Of a DNA stretch of 64,000 bases, positions 1 to 12,750 are shown piece by piece. How positions within the stretch are numbered: position 1 is the stretch's first letter; every line of letters begins with the position of its first letter. The translations under genes were made by a program, and so were the position numbers. The notes beneath the pieces were generated by a model. It saw only the letters and a list, made by a program, of their open reading frames with translations, was not told the origin of the DNA and made no database searches. Source of the DNA: Salpingoeca rosetta (Eukaryota; Protista; Choanoflagellata); contig JAWQFM010000029.1 in assembly GCA_033442325.1 (NCBI GenBank), positions 59,066 to 123,065 on the forward strand. Direction: 5' to 3'.

Positions 1-2
1 TT

Positions 3-3000
3 GTGTCGTTTGTTGGCGCTGATGCGACGTTTGGGGGAAGCCTGGAGGCCACGGACGATGGCCAGGGCTCGTTGCGTCTCGGTGGTGTTGTGTCTTCGAG
101 CGGCGTTGGCGGGAGCGCTGCTGCCATTGCTCACGTTACGTTCCAGGCCGTCAGCGCTGGCGCGTTTGTGGTTGAGGGCGCGGTGACGGACTTGTTGGAC
201 CGCCAGCTTCCATCGCAACCGATTGTGGCGGGCCTGCCGTCTGCGGTTGTTGCTGGACGCGTGTGGATTTCGGTCACCGGTGCCGACGGTGGAGAGCAGC
301 AGAGACGAAGGCGTTCGGGGGTGCGGCTGCCGGTACCACCACCCCAGTCCCTGGCGCAGCCACGGCGGCGGCGCAACGCAGACAGCGACCCGTTTGCAAG
401 TGCAGCGGACGTGGACGGCGATGGGCGGTTCACAATTGGAGACGCGTTCTTCACGCTGCGGTATGTGGTGCTGGAGACGCAAGAGTTTGCCGGGGCGGAC
501 GGAGCGGCGGTGCAGGCCATTCTGGCCGAGGACCCCCGGCGACGCAGCGCACTCGACGCAGACCGGGACGGCACTGTGCGTCTGCGCGACAGCAGGCTGC
601 AGAGCCAAGTAGCCACTGGCAAAGCGGTGTTCCTCGGCAGCATCCCAGGCGTGGACGTTGCCGTAAACCAAGACACGTCAGCATGTGGCGTTTCCGTGAG
701 CGCAACTGTGTTTGAGCCTGGCCTTGGCGGAGCTGCTGCCTCCTCGACACGGGTGTTTGTGTTGGTTGATGGGCTTGCGCAAGACGGGGGCACAACCGCC
801 ACCCTGCTATCGCTGCCTGGCACTGGCACTGGCATTGATGTGGCACAGCTGTCACCGGCTCTGTCCGACGCTGTCGCTGTGTACGGCAGCGAGCCTGGGG
901 CGCAGGCTGTGCTGCTCGAGGCTGTGCCATCAAATGCAAGTGCACCCGTGAGCGCTGTGTACACGGCTCTCTTGCCACCTGCTGTGGATACGCAGCTCAT
1001 TGGCGTGTCGGTGTTTGCGGTTGTGTCACGTGGTGTGCGGACGTACGCAACGTTCTTCGGCAACCAGGCAACGACGGGTGCGCCTGTCGTGCCCTCAAGG
1101 CGCACCGAGACTGTGCGCGCATTTGCCAACGCAGACGTGGACGCCGCAGTCCTAGATACGGGGCTTGATTCTGGCTACAACCCCCTCACCACCGCAGCCC
1201 TCAACAACACGCGCGCGCAGCAGTATTGTATCCGACAATGCGTGGCCACGGGCGACGATGTCGTGTCTGCCTACTTTTACAACACGACCGCGTTCACGTG
1301 TGTTTCCACCAGCACATGCGACACGCTGAGTGAGTACGAAAGTGAGCCAGCAACGAGCACAAGCAACAGAGAATGTGAGCCGCTGAGAGCTTGTGACGCA
1401 GCAACAGAGTACGAGACGGCAGCACCAACAGCAACGTCTGATCGCACCTGTGCCAACGTCACAGCGTGTGATGCAGCTACAGAGTACGAGACGGCAGCAC
1501 CAACAGCAACGTCTGATCGCACCTGTGCCAACGTCACAGCTTGTGACGCAGCAACAGAGTACGAGACGGCAGCACCAACAGCAACGTCTGATCGCACCTG
1601 TGCCAACGTCACAGCGTGTGATGCAGCTACAGAGTACGAGACGGAAGCACCAACAGCAACGTCTGACCGCACCTGTGCCAACGTCACAGCGTGTGACGCA
1701 GCAACAGAGTACGAGACGGCAGCACCAACAGCAACGTCTGATCGCACCTGTGCCAACGTCACAGCGTGTGATGCAGCTACAGAGTACGAGACGGAAGCAC
1801 CAACAGCAACGTCTGACCGCACCTGTTCCAACGTCAACACTTGCAGCATCGAGCAATACGAGACGGCAGCACCAACAGCAACGTCTGACCGCACCTGTGC
1901 CAACGTCACGTCTTGTGCAGGTGACCAGTACGAGATAGCAGCACCAACAGCAACGTCTGACCGCACGTGCGCCAACGTCACAGCGTGTGATGCAGCAACA
2001 GAGTACGAGACGGCAGCACCAACAGCAACGTCTGACCGCACGTGCGCCAACGTCACAGCGTGTGATACAGCAACACAGTACGAGATAGCAGCACCAACAG
2101 CCACGTCTGATCGCACCTGTTCCAACGTCAACACTTGCAGCATCGAGCAATACGAGACGGCAGCACCAACAGCCACGTCTGACAGAGAGTGCGCCAATCT
2201 CACTGTGTGCGATCCAGTCACGCAGTTCCAAGCAACTGCACCAACAGCCACATCCGACAGGCTTTGCGCGAACTTGACTTCTAGTTCAACTCAGAGTCCA
2301 ACAGCAGCTGCTGCTATTGCTTCTGTTCAAATTCCGGAAGCATCAAACCTTGGGCTAGCTGTGTCTGTGCTTGGCGCCCTTGTGTGTTGTTTTGGTTTGG
2401 TTCGGACGGTTCGTACACCAGTGTGGCCACTGTTTCTTTCACTCGCTCTGTGCCACGTGTACTTCGGCGTTGAGTCCGTTGCACTGTCCGACGACATTTC
2501 GTTTTCTCTTGTTGCGGACCGGTGCCTCGCCCTCGGCGCTTTCAAGCTTGCGCTTTCATTGAGTTGTCTCTGGTAAGATTGCTGATGGGATGATGTGTCC
2601 AGTTCACCTTGTGCCTGCATTTGATTCGCTATGTGTTACTCACTTTCTCCACTTGCTTCTTTCGCTAGCTGGCTTGGTGCATGCGTCCTTCAGTCGTCCA
2701 CCGACATCAATCCTTTCACGTTGCGTCCTCTCGGGCTCTTTGCCATCGTCTGCGGTCAGTGCGCTCCTAGTGCAGCTTTGAGTGTTTGTTCCAAGCAGTG
2801 TAGAGCCTAGGTCCACGCGCCTGCTGTACTCACCAACATTACTTTGCTATCCGCCTACAGCCATTCCAATCACAACTGCTGTTGCCCTCGTCGCTGCCGC
2901 GCCGTCCTCATTTGGAGCGTCGACCGGCTGGTAAGTGTATTGGAGGTGTTGCACCACATGAAACGATCAACTGCGCGTGGGTGTGGGCCGTCGCTGTGCC

Positions 3001-3857
3001 AACTTTACTCACACCAGGTACGCCTTGCTCGCTTCGCTTTTGACAGGTGTGACCTCCATCAACCGCTAGCACGAGGCCTCGCTGGTATTCTGGCGTCCTG
3101 TACTCTGGGCTTTTCCCCGCTGATTTACGCGAGCATACGACGCATCCGTCACCGCCGCCAGTTCTTCATGGGCGACATTGTTGATGATTTGTTTGGGAAC
3201 GAGTCTCGCATCCAGCGGCCGTTGCTGGCTGCTGCCATCCTCCTCGTTGTCGCCAACCGCGTCTCACTCAACCTTCCAGTGCATCTGAGTGTGGATGACG
3301 ATATTCCAGAGCACATGCCAGTGGTGAACGTCATGTGTGCGGTTGCGTTGACGGCGGTGTCCCTGGTCTTCTTGTGCACGCGTCTTGGTCGATCAGATAA
3401 CAACGGCAGCAACAAGGGCGGTCTTGCTGGATATGCTTCACCCAACAACAGTGGAGACCCATCCAAATTCGTTCATTTGAACACCATGCCTGCAGATGAT
3501 GTTCCACGCAGCTTTGTCAGCCGCATTAGCAAACGAGGCGCGTTCTCGCCTTCAACACCCGCTCACCTACCAGGCAGCATCAGCAGGAGCATGCTGACTT
3601 CCTTCCGTTATCTTCCACGGTACGAAAATGACAGCAGTTCTGACGATGTGTCAGGCATGAGTATCTCGGACAAAGTGCACGAGGACGTCAGTGGCATTCA
3701 CGAGGATACATCTTCCTCTTCGATTCTAAGAGGTTTGACGTCACTGGACATTAGCGATGGGGGGGAATCGATCGACTTGTTCCCAGTTGCAATCGATCGA
3801 CAGGAGGTTGAGAACGCCGATGTGGAAAGTATTGAGGACAATGTTGTTGTGGTTTGA
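3..3857 (+). CDS. Adhesion/secretin-family (7tm_2-like) GPCR, 5'-partial: cohesin-like segment, dockerin-like domain, Cys-rich repeat stalk, 7TM, cytoplasmic tail
   Basis: ORF 3..2576 is open from the window edge. It continues by GT-AG splicing: ~2572|2669 gives LSCL-CWLGACVL, ~2753|2861 gives AIPITTAVALVAAAPSSFGASTG, and ~2930|3047 gives WCDLHQPLARGLAG to the stop at 3857. TM1 LGLAVSVLGALVCCFGL, TM2 LFLSLALCHVYF and TM3 CLALGAFKLALSLSCLCWL resemble family-B C..IA...HYFFLASFFWM. The ECL2 Cys is present. Confidence 0.75.
1317..2280 (+). repeat. Coding tandem repeat, 13 x ~75 bp (CDAATEYETAAPTATSDRTCANVTA), TNFR-module-like with N-glycosylation sequons
   Basis: Directly visible in DNA and protein. 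Two Cys per unit, an NVT/NLT sequon in most units, near-identical DNA copies. Confidence 0.95.
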
Positions 3858-4181
3858 ATGCTTTGCGGTGACGTTTTTGAAGATCACGAGTGTGTACTGG
3901 TGTGCTTTCTGAATTGTAACGTGCGCTGTGTTACCTTCTAATAAATATGACCTTGTTTTCAGTTGACTGACACGCATGACAGACATGCTACAACGAAATT
4001 TCTTCCAAATTCATAAAACCAAAGCAAGCAAAACCAATGCAGAACCGCTTGAATGTTGAATGTTACGAGGACAGCCAGTGTTCCTGCATTGACTCACTGT
4101 GTGTGATGGCACTCAATGATTTCTAAGATCCAGCATGTTGTAGACAGGGTAGAGTGCATCACATGGAATTCACTGCCATTC

Positions 4182-4732
4182 TGCTAAAACACGGTGTGTG
4201 TGTGTGTGTTTTACTGTAGGCAAACGCAACAAACAAGAACACAAGGAGAATGAACAAGCACAACAAGCTGCCGCCAAATCAACTCGGGCAGCATGCTCAA
4301 ACAAACACAAGACTAGTGCACACACAGTCAATGGCGCTGCCAAGGCGACATGGGCAGCGTGTGCACGAACACAAACAATCTAAACAATGAGCAGCATGCA
4401 TACATGCGCGCAGAGCAATGCTAGGCATGGCATGAATGCTTGCAGGCAAGCATACACAACAGACAACACTTCACAACACTGCATGGTACGCACACATAGC
4501 ATTTGCCAAACATGGCGAGCATGCACACACACACACATGGCACACAACTCACGTGTGTAGGGGAAGGAGGAGAGGAGAGGCAGTTGGCACACATGCATGC
4601 CAGCAGAGTGGAAGGAATGTTTGCCAACGGAAAAACCACAAAGCAGGTGTTGTTGGCAAACAAGACAAAACCACATGAGAAGGCAAATTAGGAAGGACTC
4701 AACACAAAACAGAAACTCACTGACTCTCAACA
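4182..4732 (-). mobile_element. LTR (family A), solo or remnant copy
   Basis: ~550 bp, TG...TCTCAACA, highly similar to 7875-8330 and 12762-13572 and in the same orientation. Followed by a 35-bp duplication of its end (4733-4767). Confidence 0.9.
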
Positions 4733-4767
4733 CTCAACACAAAACAGAAACTCACTCACTCTCAACA

Positions 4768-7700
4768 AACTTCCGCGGCCACTGCGCGCAGCAGTGCCGC
4801 AAGCTGCAGGCGGCCAAGCGCTACCACGTCATCGACGTGCGGCAGATCCTGGCTACGCTTCGCAACCACGGCAACGGCAACGGCAAGCGGCCAGGATCCT
4901 CTCGCCCGCAGCACGGACGAGCAGCTCCATTCAAGAAGGCGGCCGTCGTCAGCCACGGCCCTCAGCGCATGGAGACCTTCGCCATCCACCACGATGCCCT
5001 CATGCTGCAGCCCGAGGGCGAGGAGGAGGGCCACGCCATCGGACCAATGCCACCACAGCTGTGGCTCGCTGACAGCGGTGCCACGGCGCACATCACCAGC
5101 GACGCCTCCCTCCTCACCAACTACATCGCCGTCACGCAGCACGTCACCGTTGCCAACAGCCAGGCCGTCACGGTCATCGGCAAGGGCGACGCCGTGCTCC
5201 GCGTGACTGGCACCGACGGCGCTCCAGGCACCATCACGCTGAAGAACGTGCTGCATGTCCCCGACATCAAGTACAACCTTTGGCGCTGAACCCTGGTGAC
5301 TCGCGCGCGTCGGGTGCTTCCGTCGTCATTGCTGCGGACGACGAGCCGCATCCCAGGTTGCCACATGGAGCGGGCTCTGCTGCCGTCTCAAGGACACGGG
5401 CCATCTCTCCTCTACGCCAGTGGCACTAACTTCCCAACAAGCCACGGCGCTTGCGGGGAGCTCGTGCACAGCAGCGATGGGGAAGCCGAGGATGCTGACG
5501 AGGGCGCCTCTGCACACGACGTGCTAGGCATCGCAGCAGCGCGGCCGTCGACGCCATCCGGCAGCAGATCGCCAGGCCTCTTCCAAGCACATCGTTACCT
5601 GTGGACCATGTTGCGCTTGGCAAGAGCACGCCGCGCCTCCATCCCGAAGCAGTCTGCTCCACGTAGCGCTGGGCCATGCCAGCTGCTCTACGCCGACATC
5701 GCCGGTCCGCTGGAGGAGACGTCGCTGCGAGGTGCACGCTACGCGCTGACCTTCATCGACGACTGCACGCGCTTTGCCTGGACGTTTCTCATCCGGCACA
5801 AGAACGAGGTCGGTGCGGCCCTGGAGCAACTGCGCAAGGACCGTCACGTCGTCAACGCCACGCTGCAGACGGATAGCGACGCCGTCTTCAAGAGCCAGGA
5901 CTTCACCGACCTGTGCCTGGCCTTCGACATCAAGCAGCGCTTCTCGCCACCGCACTCGCAGGCCAAGAACGGATCCGCGGAGCGCACTTTCCGCACCCTC
6001 TTCGAGACGGCGCGTACGATGCTGTTTGCTGCGGACCTGGACAAGCCGTTCTGGGGCTTCGCCGTGCAGCACGCCACGCTGCTGCACAACATCGCGCCAC
6101 GCAGGAGCCTCAAGGACAAGTCACCGTTCGAGGCCCTGACTGGGCACCCCTTTGACGTCAGCCTGTTGCGCGTCTTCGGCTCGCCGGCCTACGTGCATGT
6201 GGAGAAGAGCAGCACGCGGCACAAGCTTGACCCACGCTCACGCGTTGGCGTCTACGTCGGCTTCGCTGAGGAGGACCAGGCCCACGTCGTCTGGATGCCG
6301 GACACGCGACGCGTTGTCCACACCATCCACGCTCGCTTCGGCGCCATCAAGAACAAGGACGCCGTCTCCTCTCAGCAGCAGCAAGAGCAGAACAGCGGTG
6401 CCTCTGCTTCGCATGCCAACAAGACCGCTCAGCGTTCGACCGAGGACAGTGCCACCGGCGCTCCCCCTGCACCACGTGCGGGGGAGCCGCAGCTCCAGCC
6501 ACGCGCCCTTGGCGGCTCCGTCTGGGACCAGCTGCTGTTGTCTGAGACCCTCGGCGACAAGGACACCTCTGGTGGCTCAACCACCACGTGTCACGTTGCC
6601 ACCAGCGCTGCTGGTACGGGGGAGAAGACATCAGCAGTGGGTGGTCATCTACCAGACATCGCTGCTGGCAGTTTTGCCACGTCAGCTGAGCCAGCCACCG
6701 TCAAGGAGGCGCTTGCCTCGCCAGACTCTGAGGAGTGGCGCCAAGCCATCCTGGACGAGTTTGCGGCAATGCAGGCCAATGACGTCTACGACGTCGTGCC
6801 TCGCGCTGACCTTCCCAAGGGCCAGAAGGTGCTCCACAGCATGGTCATCTTTCGGAGGAAGCGCGATGACCAGGGCAAGGTAATCAAGTACAAGGCGCGC
6901 TGGGTTGCCAAAGGCTACTCCCAGGTCCACGGTGTCAACTACACGGACACCTTTGCTCCGACGGCTACCATCGCAGCCATCCGCACCATGCTCGCCATGG
7001 CCGTCGCGCGTGGCATGAACGTCCAGCAGATGGACGTCAACACGGCGTTCCTCAACGCGCCCGTGGATCACGAGATCTACGTCCAGCCACCGGCCGTCGA
7101 CGGCATCTTCTCGCCGAATACGGTGCTGCGCCTCAAGCGTGGGCTGTATGGGCTGAAGCAGAGCCCGCGCCTGTGGAACCACACGCTGGACGCCTGGATG
7201 CGCGAGCAGGACTTCGTCGCTACAGCCACGGACGCCTGCATCTACCGCCGCACCTGCAAGGGTGGCAAAGTGATGTGGGTTGCCGTCTACGTGGACGACC
7301 TGCTCATCTTCGCCGACAGCGACAGCGACATGGCCGCCTTCAAGAAGGCCATCTCCAAGCGCTTCAAGATGAAGGACCTGGGCAGCCCAGACATATGTCT
7401 CGGCATCAAGGTGCAGCACAACCGCAAGGCCAGGACCGTCACCATGAGCCAGGAGCACTACCTGCGCAACGTGCTGGAGGCCTTCGGCATGGCTGACTGC
7501 AAGCCTGTCGGCACGCCGCTCTGCACGGGCTACGTCGACAAGCCAGCCGACAAGGAGGAGCCACTGCCGGATGTGCCGTTCCGCGAGCTGCTTGGCTCCC
7601 TCCTCTATGCTGCGACGATGACGCGCCCAGACATCTCGGCGGCTGTCTCCATCCTGTCTCGCCGCATGCAGCACTTCGGCATGGACCACTGGAAGGCTGC

Positions 7701-7874
7701 CAAGCACCTTCTTCGCTACATCAAGGGCACCTTGTCCTACACCATCAAGTACGCCGCCACTGGCGACACCAGCAACGGCAGCACTGCCGACGGCGTGCTC
7801 TCAGCGTACTCGGATGCGTCGTTCGCCTCCGACGTTGACACGCGACGTTCCCGCACGGGCTTCGTCGTCTTCTG
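4768..7874 (+). mobile_element. Degenerate Ty1/copia internal region (family B): gag zinc-knuckle remnant, protease, integrase, RT; truncated in RNase H
   Basis: WLADSGATAHI (protease); LQTDSDAVF...SPPHSQAKNGSAER (integrase); KYKARWVAKGYSQ, QMDVNTAFLN, LYGLKQSPRLWN, YVDD (RT); SAYSDASFASD..RRSRTG (start of RNase H). Frameshift at ~5280. Confidence 0.95.
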
Positions 7875-8330
7875 TGTTGAGACACGACAGGTGGTGTGTG
7901 TGTGTTTACTGTAGGCAAACGCAACAAACAAGAACACAAGGAGAATGAACAAGCACAACAAGCTGCCGCCAAATCAACTCGGGCAGCACGCTCAAACAAA
8001 CACTAGACAAGTGCACACACAGTCAATGACGCTGCCAAGGCGACATGGGCAGAGTGTGCACGAACACAAACAATCTAAACAGCGAACAGCATGCATACAT
8101 GCGCGCAAAGCAATGCTAGGCATGGCATGAATGCTTGCAGGCAAGCATACACTTCACAACACTGCATGGCACGCACACATGGCATTTGCCAAGCATGACG
8201 GGCATGCACACACACATGGCACACATGACACACAACTCACGTGTGTAGGGGAAGGAGGAGAGGAGAGGCAGTTGGCACACATGCATGCCAGCAGAGAGGA
8301 CGAATGTTTGCAACGGAAAAACCACAAGGC
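7875..8330 (-). mobile_element. LTR (family A), probable 3' LTR of the minus-strand copia; runs into a gap
   Basis: Begins TGTTGAGACACGACAGG and aligns with the other two LTR copies. Confidence 0.85.
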
Positions 8331-8809
8331 NNNNNNNNNNNNNNNNNNNNNNNNNNNNNNNNNNNNNNNNNNNNNNNNNNNNNNNNNNNNNNNNNNNNNN
8401 NNNNNNNNNNNNNNNNNNNNNNNNNNNNNNNNNNNNNNNNNNNNNNNNNNNNNNNNNNNNNNNNNNNNNNNNNNNNNNNNNNNNNNNNNNNNNNNNNNNN
8501 NNNNNNNNNNNNNNNNNNNNNNNNNNNNNNNNNNNNNNNNNNNNNNNNNNNNNNNNNNNNNNNNNNNNNNNNNNNNNNNNNNNNNNNNNNNNNNNNNNNN
8601 NNNNNNNNNNNNNNNNNNNNNNNNNNNNNNNNNNNNNNNNNNNNNNNNNNNNNNNNNNNNNNNNNNNNNNNNNNNNNNNNNNNNNNNNNNNNNNNNNNNN
8701 NNNNNNNNNNNNNNNNNNNNNNNNNNNNNNNNNNNNNNNNNNNNNNNNNNNNNNNNNNNNNNNNNNNNNNNNNNNNNNNNNNNNNNNNNNNNNNNNNNNN
8801 NNNNNNNNN

Positions 8810-11800
8810 AGCCGGCTGCTCCAAGACACAAGACAGCCGTTGATGTAGCAGGTGAAGCCCGTCGTGGAGCGGCCCGTCAGCTGGTCTGTTCCGAAGCTGG
8901 CATCGCTGTAGCACACAAGGTTCAGCGGCTGGTCTTTGCACGTGCCGCTGCGTCGCTTGAAGAGGAGGCCGTGCTCGCTCGTCGCCTTCAGGTACCGCAC
9001 GACGTGCTTGGCTGCCTGCCAGTGGACCGTCGTGTAACGGTCCATGTAACGGCAGAGCAGTCCGCACGCGAAGCTGACGTCTGGTCTCGTGCGGTTGGCC
9101 AGGTACAGGAGCGAGCCGACGAGGTTGCGGAAAGGCAGGCGTCGGTCGGGCTGCTCGCTGATGCTGGAGGCGTCGATGCCAACACGCATGGGCGTGGAGA
9201 CGCTGGCTGCCGCTGCCAGGTTGTAGTCGTTGACGATGTCGTTGATGGCCTGTGTCTGCGTAATGTGCAACACCCCGTCAGCTGGTGACGTCAGGTGAAG
9301 GCCCAGGTACCAGGTGAGCGGGCCCAGGTCCTCTGCCTCGAAGCTCTCCTTGATCTGCTGCTTGCAGGCACGGATGTGACGCTCGCTGCTGCTGCTGATG
9401 ATGAGGTCGTCAACGTACGTGATGATCCATGTGCGCTGTCCGTCGTCGTGGAGCTTGGTGAAGAGGCAGGCGTCGACATTGCTCTGCGCCCATCCGTTGG
9501 TCTTGAGGAAGGTGTGCAGCTTCTTGGCCCATGCACGGCCAGCTTGCTTGAGGCCGTACAGCGGCTTGAACAGCCGGCACACCTTGCCCGCGTAGCGTTG
9601 AGCGCCGTCGCCGATGTCGGTGAAGTGCGGCGGCAGCTCCATGTACAGCTCCTCCTTGAGATCAGCCTGCAGGTAAGCCGACTTGAAGTCGAGCTGGTGC
9701 AGCTGGTGCTGTCGTTGCAGGGAGACGGCGAGCACAGTGAGGATGGTCTTGGCTGCTGGTGTTGGGGCGTAGGTCTGGTCGAAGTCGATGCCCGGTCGTT
9801 GGCTGAAGCCCTTGGCGACCCAGCGTGCCTTGAAGCGCGTCGGCGCGCCCTCAGCGTCACGCTTCACCTTGAAGACGAAGCGTGACTTGAGAGGCGTGTG
9901 CTGTCGTGGCACGGCGCTGCGTGGGATGAGCTTGATGACGCCGTTGCGCTCCATGGCCCCGATCTCCTCCAAGCATGCCTGAGTCCACTGCTTGCGTTGC
10001 TGGCTCTTGAGTGCCTGCTTGATGCTTTGCAGGCTCCGTGAGGCTGTTGTCGTCTCTGCTGCTTGCTGTGAACGCGCCTGTCTCGGGGACGCTTGTTTCT
10101 GTTTTTGTCGTGTTTCGTAGTTGGCGTCGTNNNNNNNNNNNNNNNNNNNNNNNNNNNNNNNNNNNNNNNNNNNNNNNNNNNNNNNNNNNNNNNNNNNNNN
10201 NNNNNNNNNNNNNNNNNNNNNNNNNNNNNNNNNNNNNNNNNNNNNNNNNNNNNNNNNNNNNNNNNNNNNNNNNNNNNNNNNNNNNNNNNNNNNNNNNNNN
10301 NNNNNNNNNNNNNNNNNNNNNNNNNNNNNNNNNNNNNNNNNNNNNNNNNNNNNNNNNNNNNNNNNNNNNNNNNNNNNNNNNNNNNNNNNNNNNNNNNNNN
10401 NNNNNNNNNNNNNNNNNNNNNNNNNNNNNNNNNNNNNNNNNNNNNNNNNNNNNNNNNNNNNNNNNNNNNNNNNNNNNNNNNNNNNNNNNNNNNNNNNNNN
10501 NNNNNNNNNNNNNNNNNNNNNNNNNNNNNNNNNNNNNNNNNNNNNNNNNNNNNNNNNNNNNNNNNNNNNNNNNNNNNNNNNNNNNNNNNNNNNNNNNNNN
10601 NNNNNNNNNNNNNNNNNNNNNNNNNNNNNNNNNNNNNNNNNNNNNNNNNNNNNNNNNNNNNNNNNNNNNNNNNNNNNNNNNNNNNNNNNNNNNNNNNNNN
10701 NNNNNNNNNNNNNNNNNNNNNNNNNNNNNNNNNNNNNNNNNNNNNNNNNNNNNNNNNNNNNNNNNNNNNNNNNNNNNNNNNNNNNNNNNNNNNNNNNNNN
10801 NNNNNNNNNNNNNNNNNNNNNNNNNNNNNNNNNNNNNNNNNNNNNNNNNNNNNNNNNNNNNNNNNNNNNNNNNNNNNNNNNNNNNNNNNNNNNNNNNNNN
10901 NNNNNNNNNNNNNNNNNNNNNNNNNNNNNNNNNNNNNNNNTCGACGATGACGAGGCTGTAGCGCTTGCCCGTGGGTGAGTCCGCGTCCAGTCGACGAGTC
11001 GGCGTGGATGCGCTCGCCGGGCACCTGTGTGCGCTCCGCGTGCTTGCTGACGCTGTGACGAGTGCTCTTGGTCACTGCGCACGTTGTACACTGCTTGCTG
11101 CTGATGGCGTTGCGATGTCGATGCCCATCAGCTTGCAGTACTGCTGCACGTCGTTGTCGTTGCGGTGACCAAGCACCTCATGCATCGATGGTGTGTGCGC
11201 CTTGCTCTGGGATGCAGGAACTGCTGCGGGTTGCTGTGGTTGCTTGCAGGCATCGGCGGTGAGACCGTGTGCCGTGGATGGACCAACAGCAACAATGGGC
11301 CAGCACCGGAGGCTGTTGCGCTCCTTCAGCTTGACCTCGGCTCCGTGGCTGAAGCGCACGTAGTGCCCATCAGCGCCATCACGCTGCGAGTGGCCCGTTG
11401 GCCTGCCGCTGCTGTCCCTGGTCAGACGACCGAGGGCGATGAGGTTGGCCTGGCCCTCGGGCACGTAGAGGCACTCCTGTAGCACAATCTGCATCGTGGC
11501 TCCGCTCGTCGTGCGTGCATGCAACAGCACAGAGCCAACACCGCGCACGGGCACACGTGTGCCGCCAAACGCAGTGATGTGGCGTGGATGGTGCTGTTGC
11601 AGGTGCGGTGTCAGCTCCACGAAGGCGTCCTTGACGAAGGTGAGGTGGTGTGAAGCACCAGTGTCTACAAGCCACGTGAGTGGGTCATGCAGCTGCGTGG
11701 GTGTAGTAGCTGTGGCAGCGACGAAGGTTGCTGCGTCTTGACCATGTTGATGCTGTGCCTGTGCAGTGAAGCCTGTTGCTCCGTTGTCGCGTTGCTTCTT

Positions 11801-12638
11801 GCGACACTCTGCTGCACGGTGTCCATACTTGCCACAGTAGTGACAGTTGCCACGGAAGCGGCGCCCCTTGCTGTTGCTGTTGCCGTTACCACCGTTGTTG
11901 CGTCCCTGGCGTCCGTGGTTGTTGCTGCTGTTGGAGAAGCCGCGTCTTCCACCTCTGCGTGGCGGTGCTCTTGCCACGAAGCCGCCTGCCTGCGGCTGTG
12001 TGCGTGAACCACGCATCTGCTGCTCCAGCTGCTGCAGCCTGATGCTGAGCTCGAGGAGGGAGGGAAAGCGGCCACTGGCAAAGTAGGGAAGCGTGAGCGG
12101 GGGCTGTCCAGCGTGGCAGCTGCTTCCAGACGATGGTGAAGAGGTCCTCGTTGTCCTGGCGCACGCCCGCGTCCTGCAACTGCTGCTGCAGCTCCATGTG
12201 TCGCTCGAAGAAGCGGGCCAGGTTGCCGCAGGGGACGTGAAGCTGCGCCTCCTTGAGCTCTGCGATGCGGAGGCGGTCCTGCGAAGCGTAGTGGTCCTTG
12301 AGCCGGGCCCATCCTTGGCCGGCGTTGACGTCTGCTTCTCCGTTGGTGAAGAGGAGAAGGGGGTAGCCTGAGAGCGTGGACGCGATGAGGTTTGCAGCGG
12401 TGAGGTTGGCGTGATCTCCTGCTGTCGGTCTCCTTGCACTTGAGCGTGTCGCTGAGCTTGGACCTCCCGATGACGATGCTCCTGCCTCCACAGCTGCCCA
12501 GACGTCGTCGCCGCGCAGCTTGAGCGCCATCTTCATGCGAATGCTCCACGCATGAAAGGTGCCGGGCGAGCCAGAGAACTTGGGCAGGTCCATCTTGAAT
12601 CCTGGCGTGGAAACGACGTGGTCCGACGGGTCAGACAT
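8810..12638 (-). mobile_element. Ty1/copia gag-pol (family A), frameshifted, with an internal gap
   Basis: Gag MSDPSD..LPKFSG; zinc knuckle CHYCGKYGHRAAEC; protease WLVDTGASHH; integrase Zn finger HEVLGH..CTTC; RT FKARWVAKGFSQ, LYGLKQAGRAW, YVDD; RNase H CYSDASF..RSTTGF. Frameshifts near 12100 (C run) and ~11100. Confidence 0.95.
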
Positions 12639-12750
12639 ACTGCACGCTCAAGAAGGGTGATGGAGAAACAAGAGAGGGGAACAAGCAGAAGGGAGAGAAG
12701 AAGCACAAGCGAGTGTGAGATAAGTGGTGATGATGCTCAGGAGTGGCTGG

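Noticed and set aside
1317-2280. 75-bp repeat (and the 111-bp repeat at 51708-52530) as CRISPR-like arrays
   Set aside because: Both are in-frame coding repeats with no unique spacers, and there are no cas genes.
8116-11091. ORFs spanning N runs
   Set aside because: They are artefacts of assembly gaps. Only the RT/RNase H part (8810-10130) is real.
12070-12110. Programmed gag-pol frameshift
   Set aside because: The shift lies in a C5 run inside gag, upstream of the zinc knuckle. The element has another frameshift, so mutation or sequencing error is more likely.
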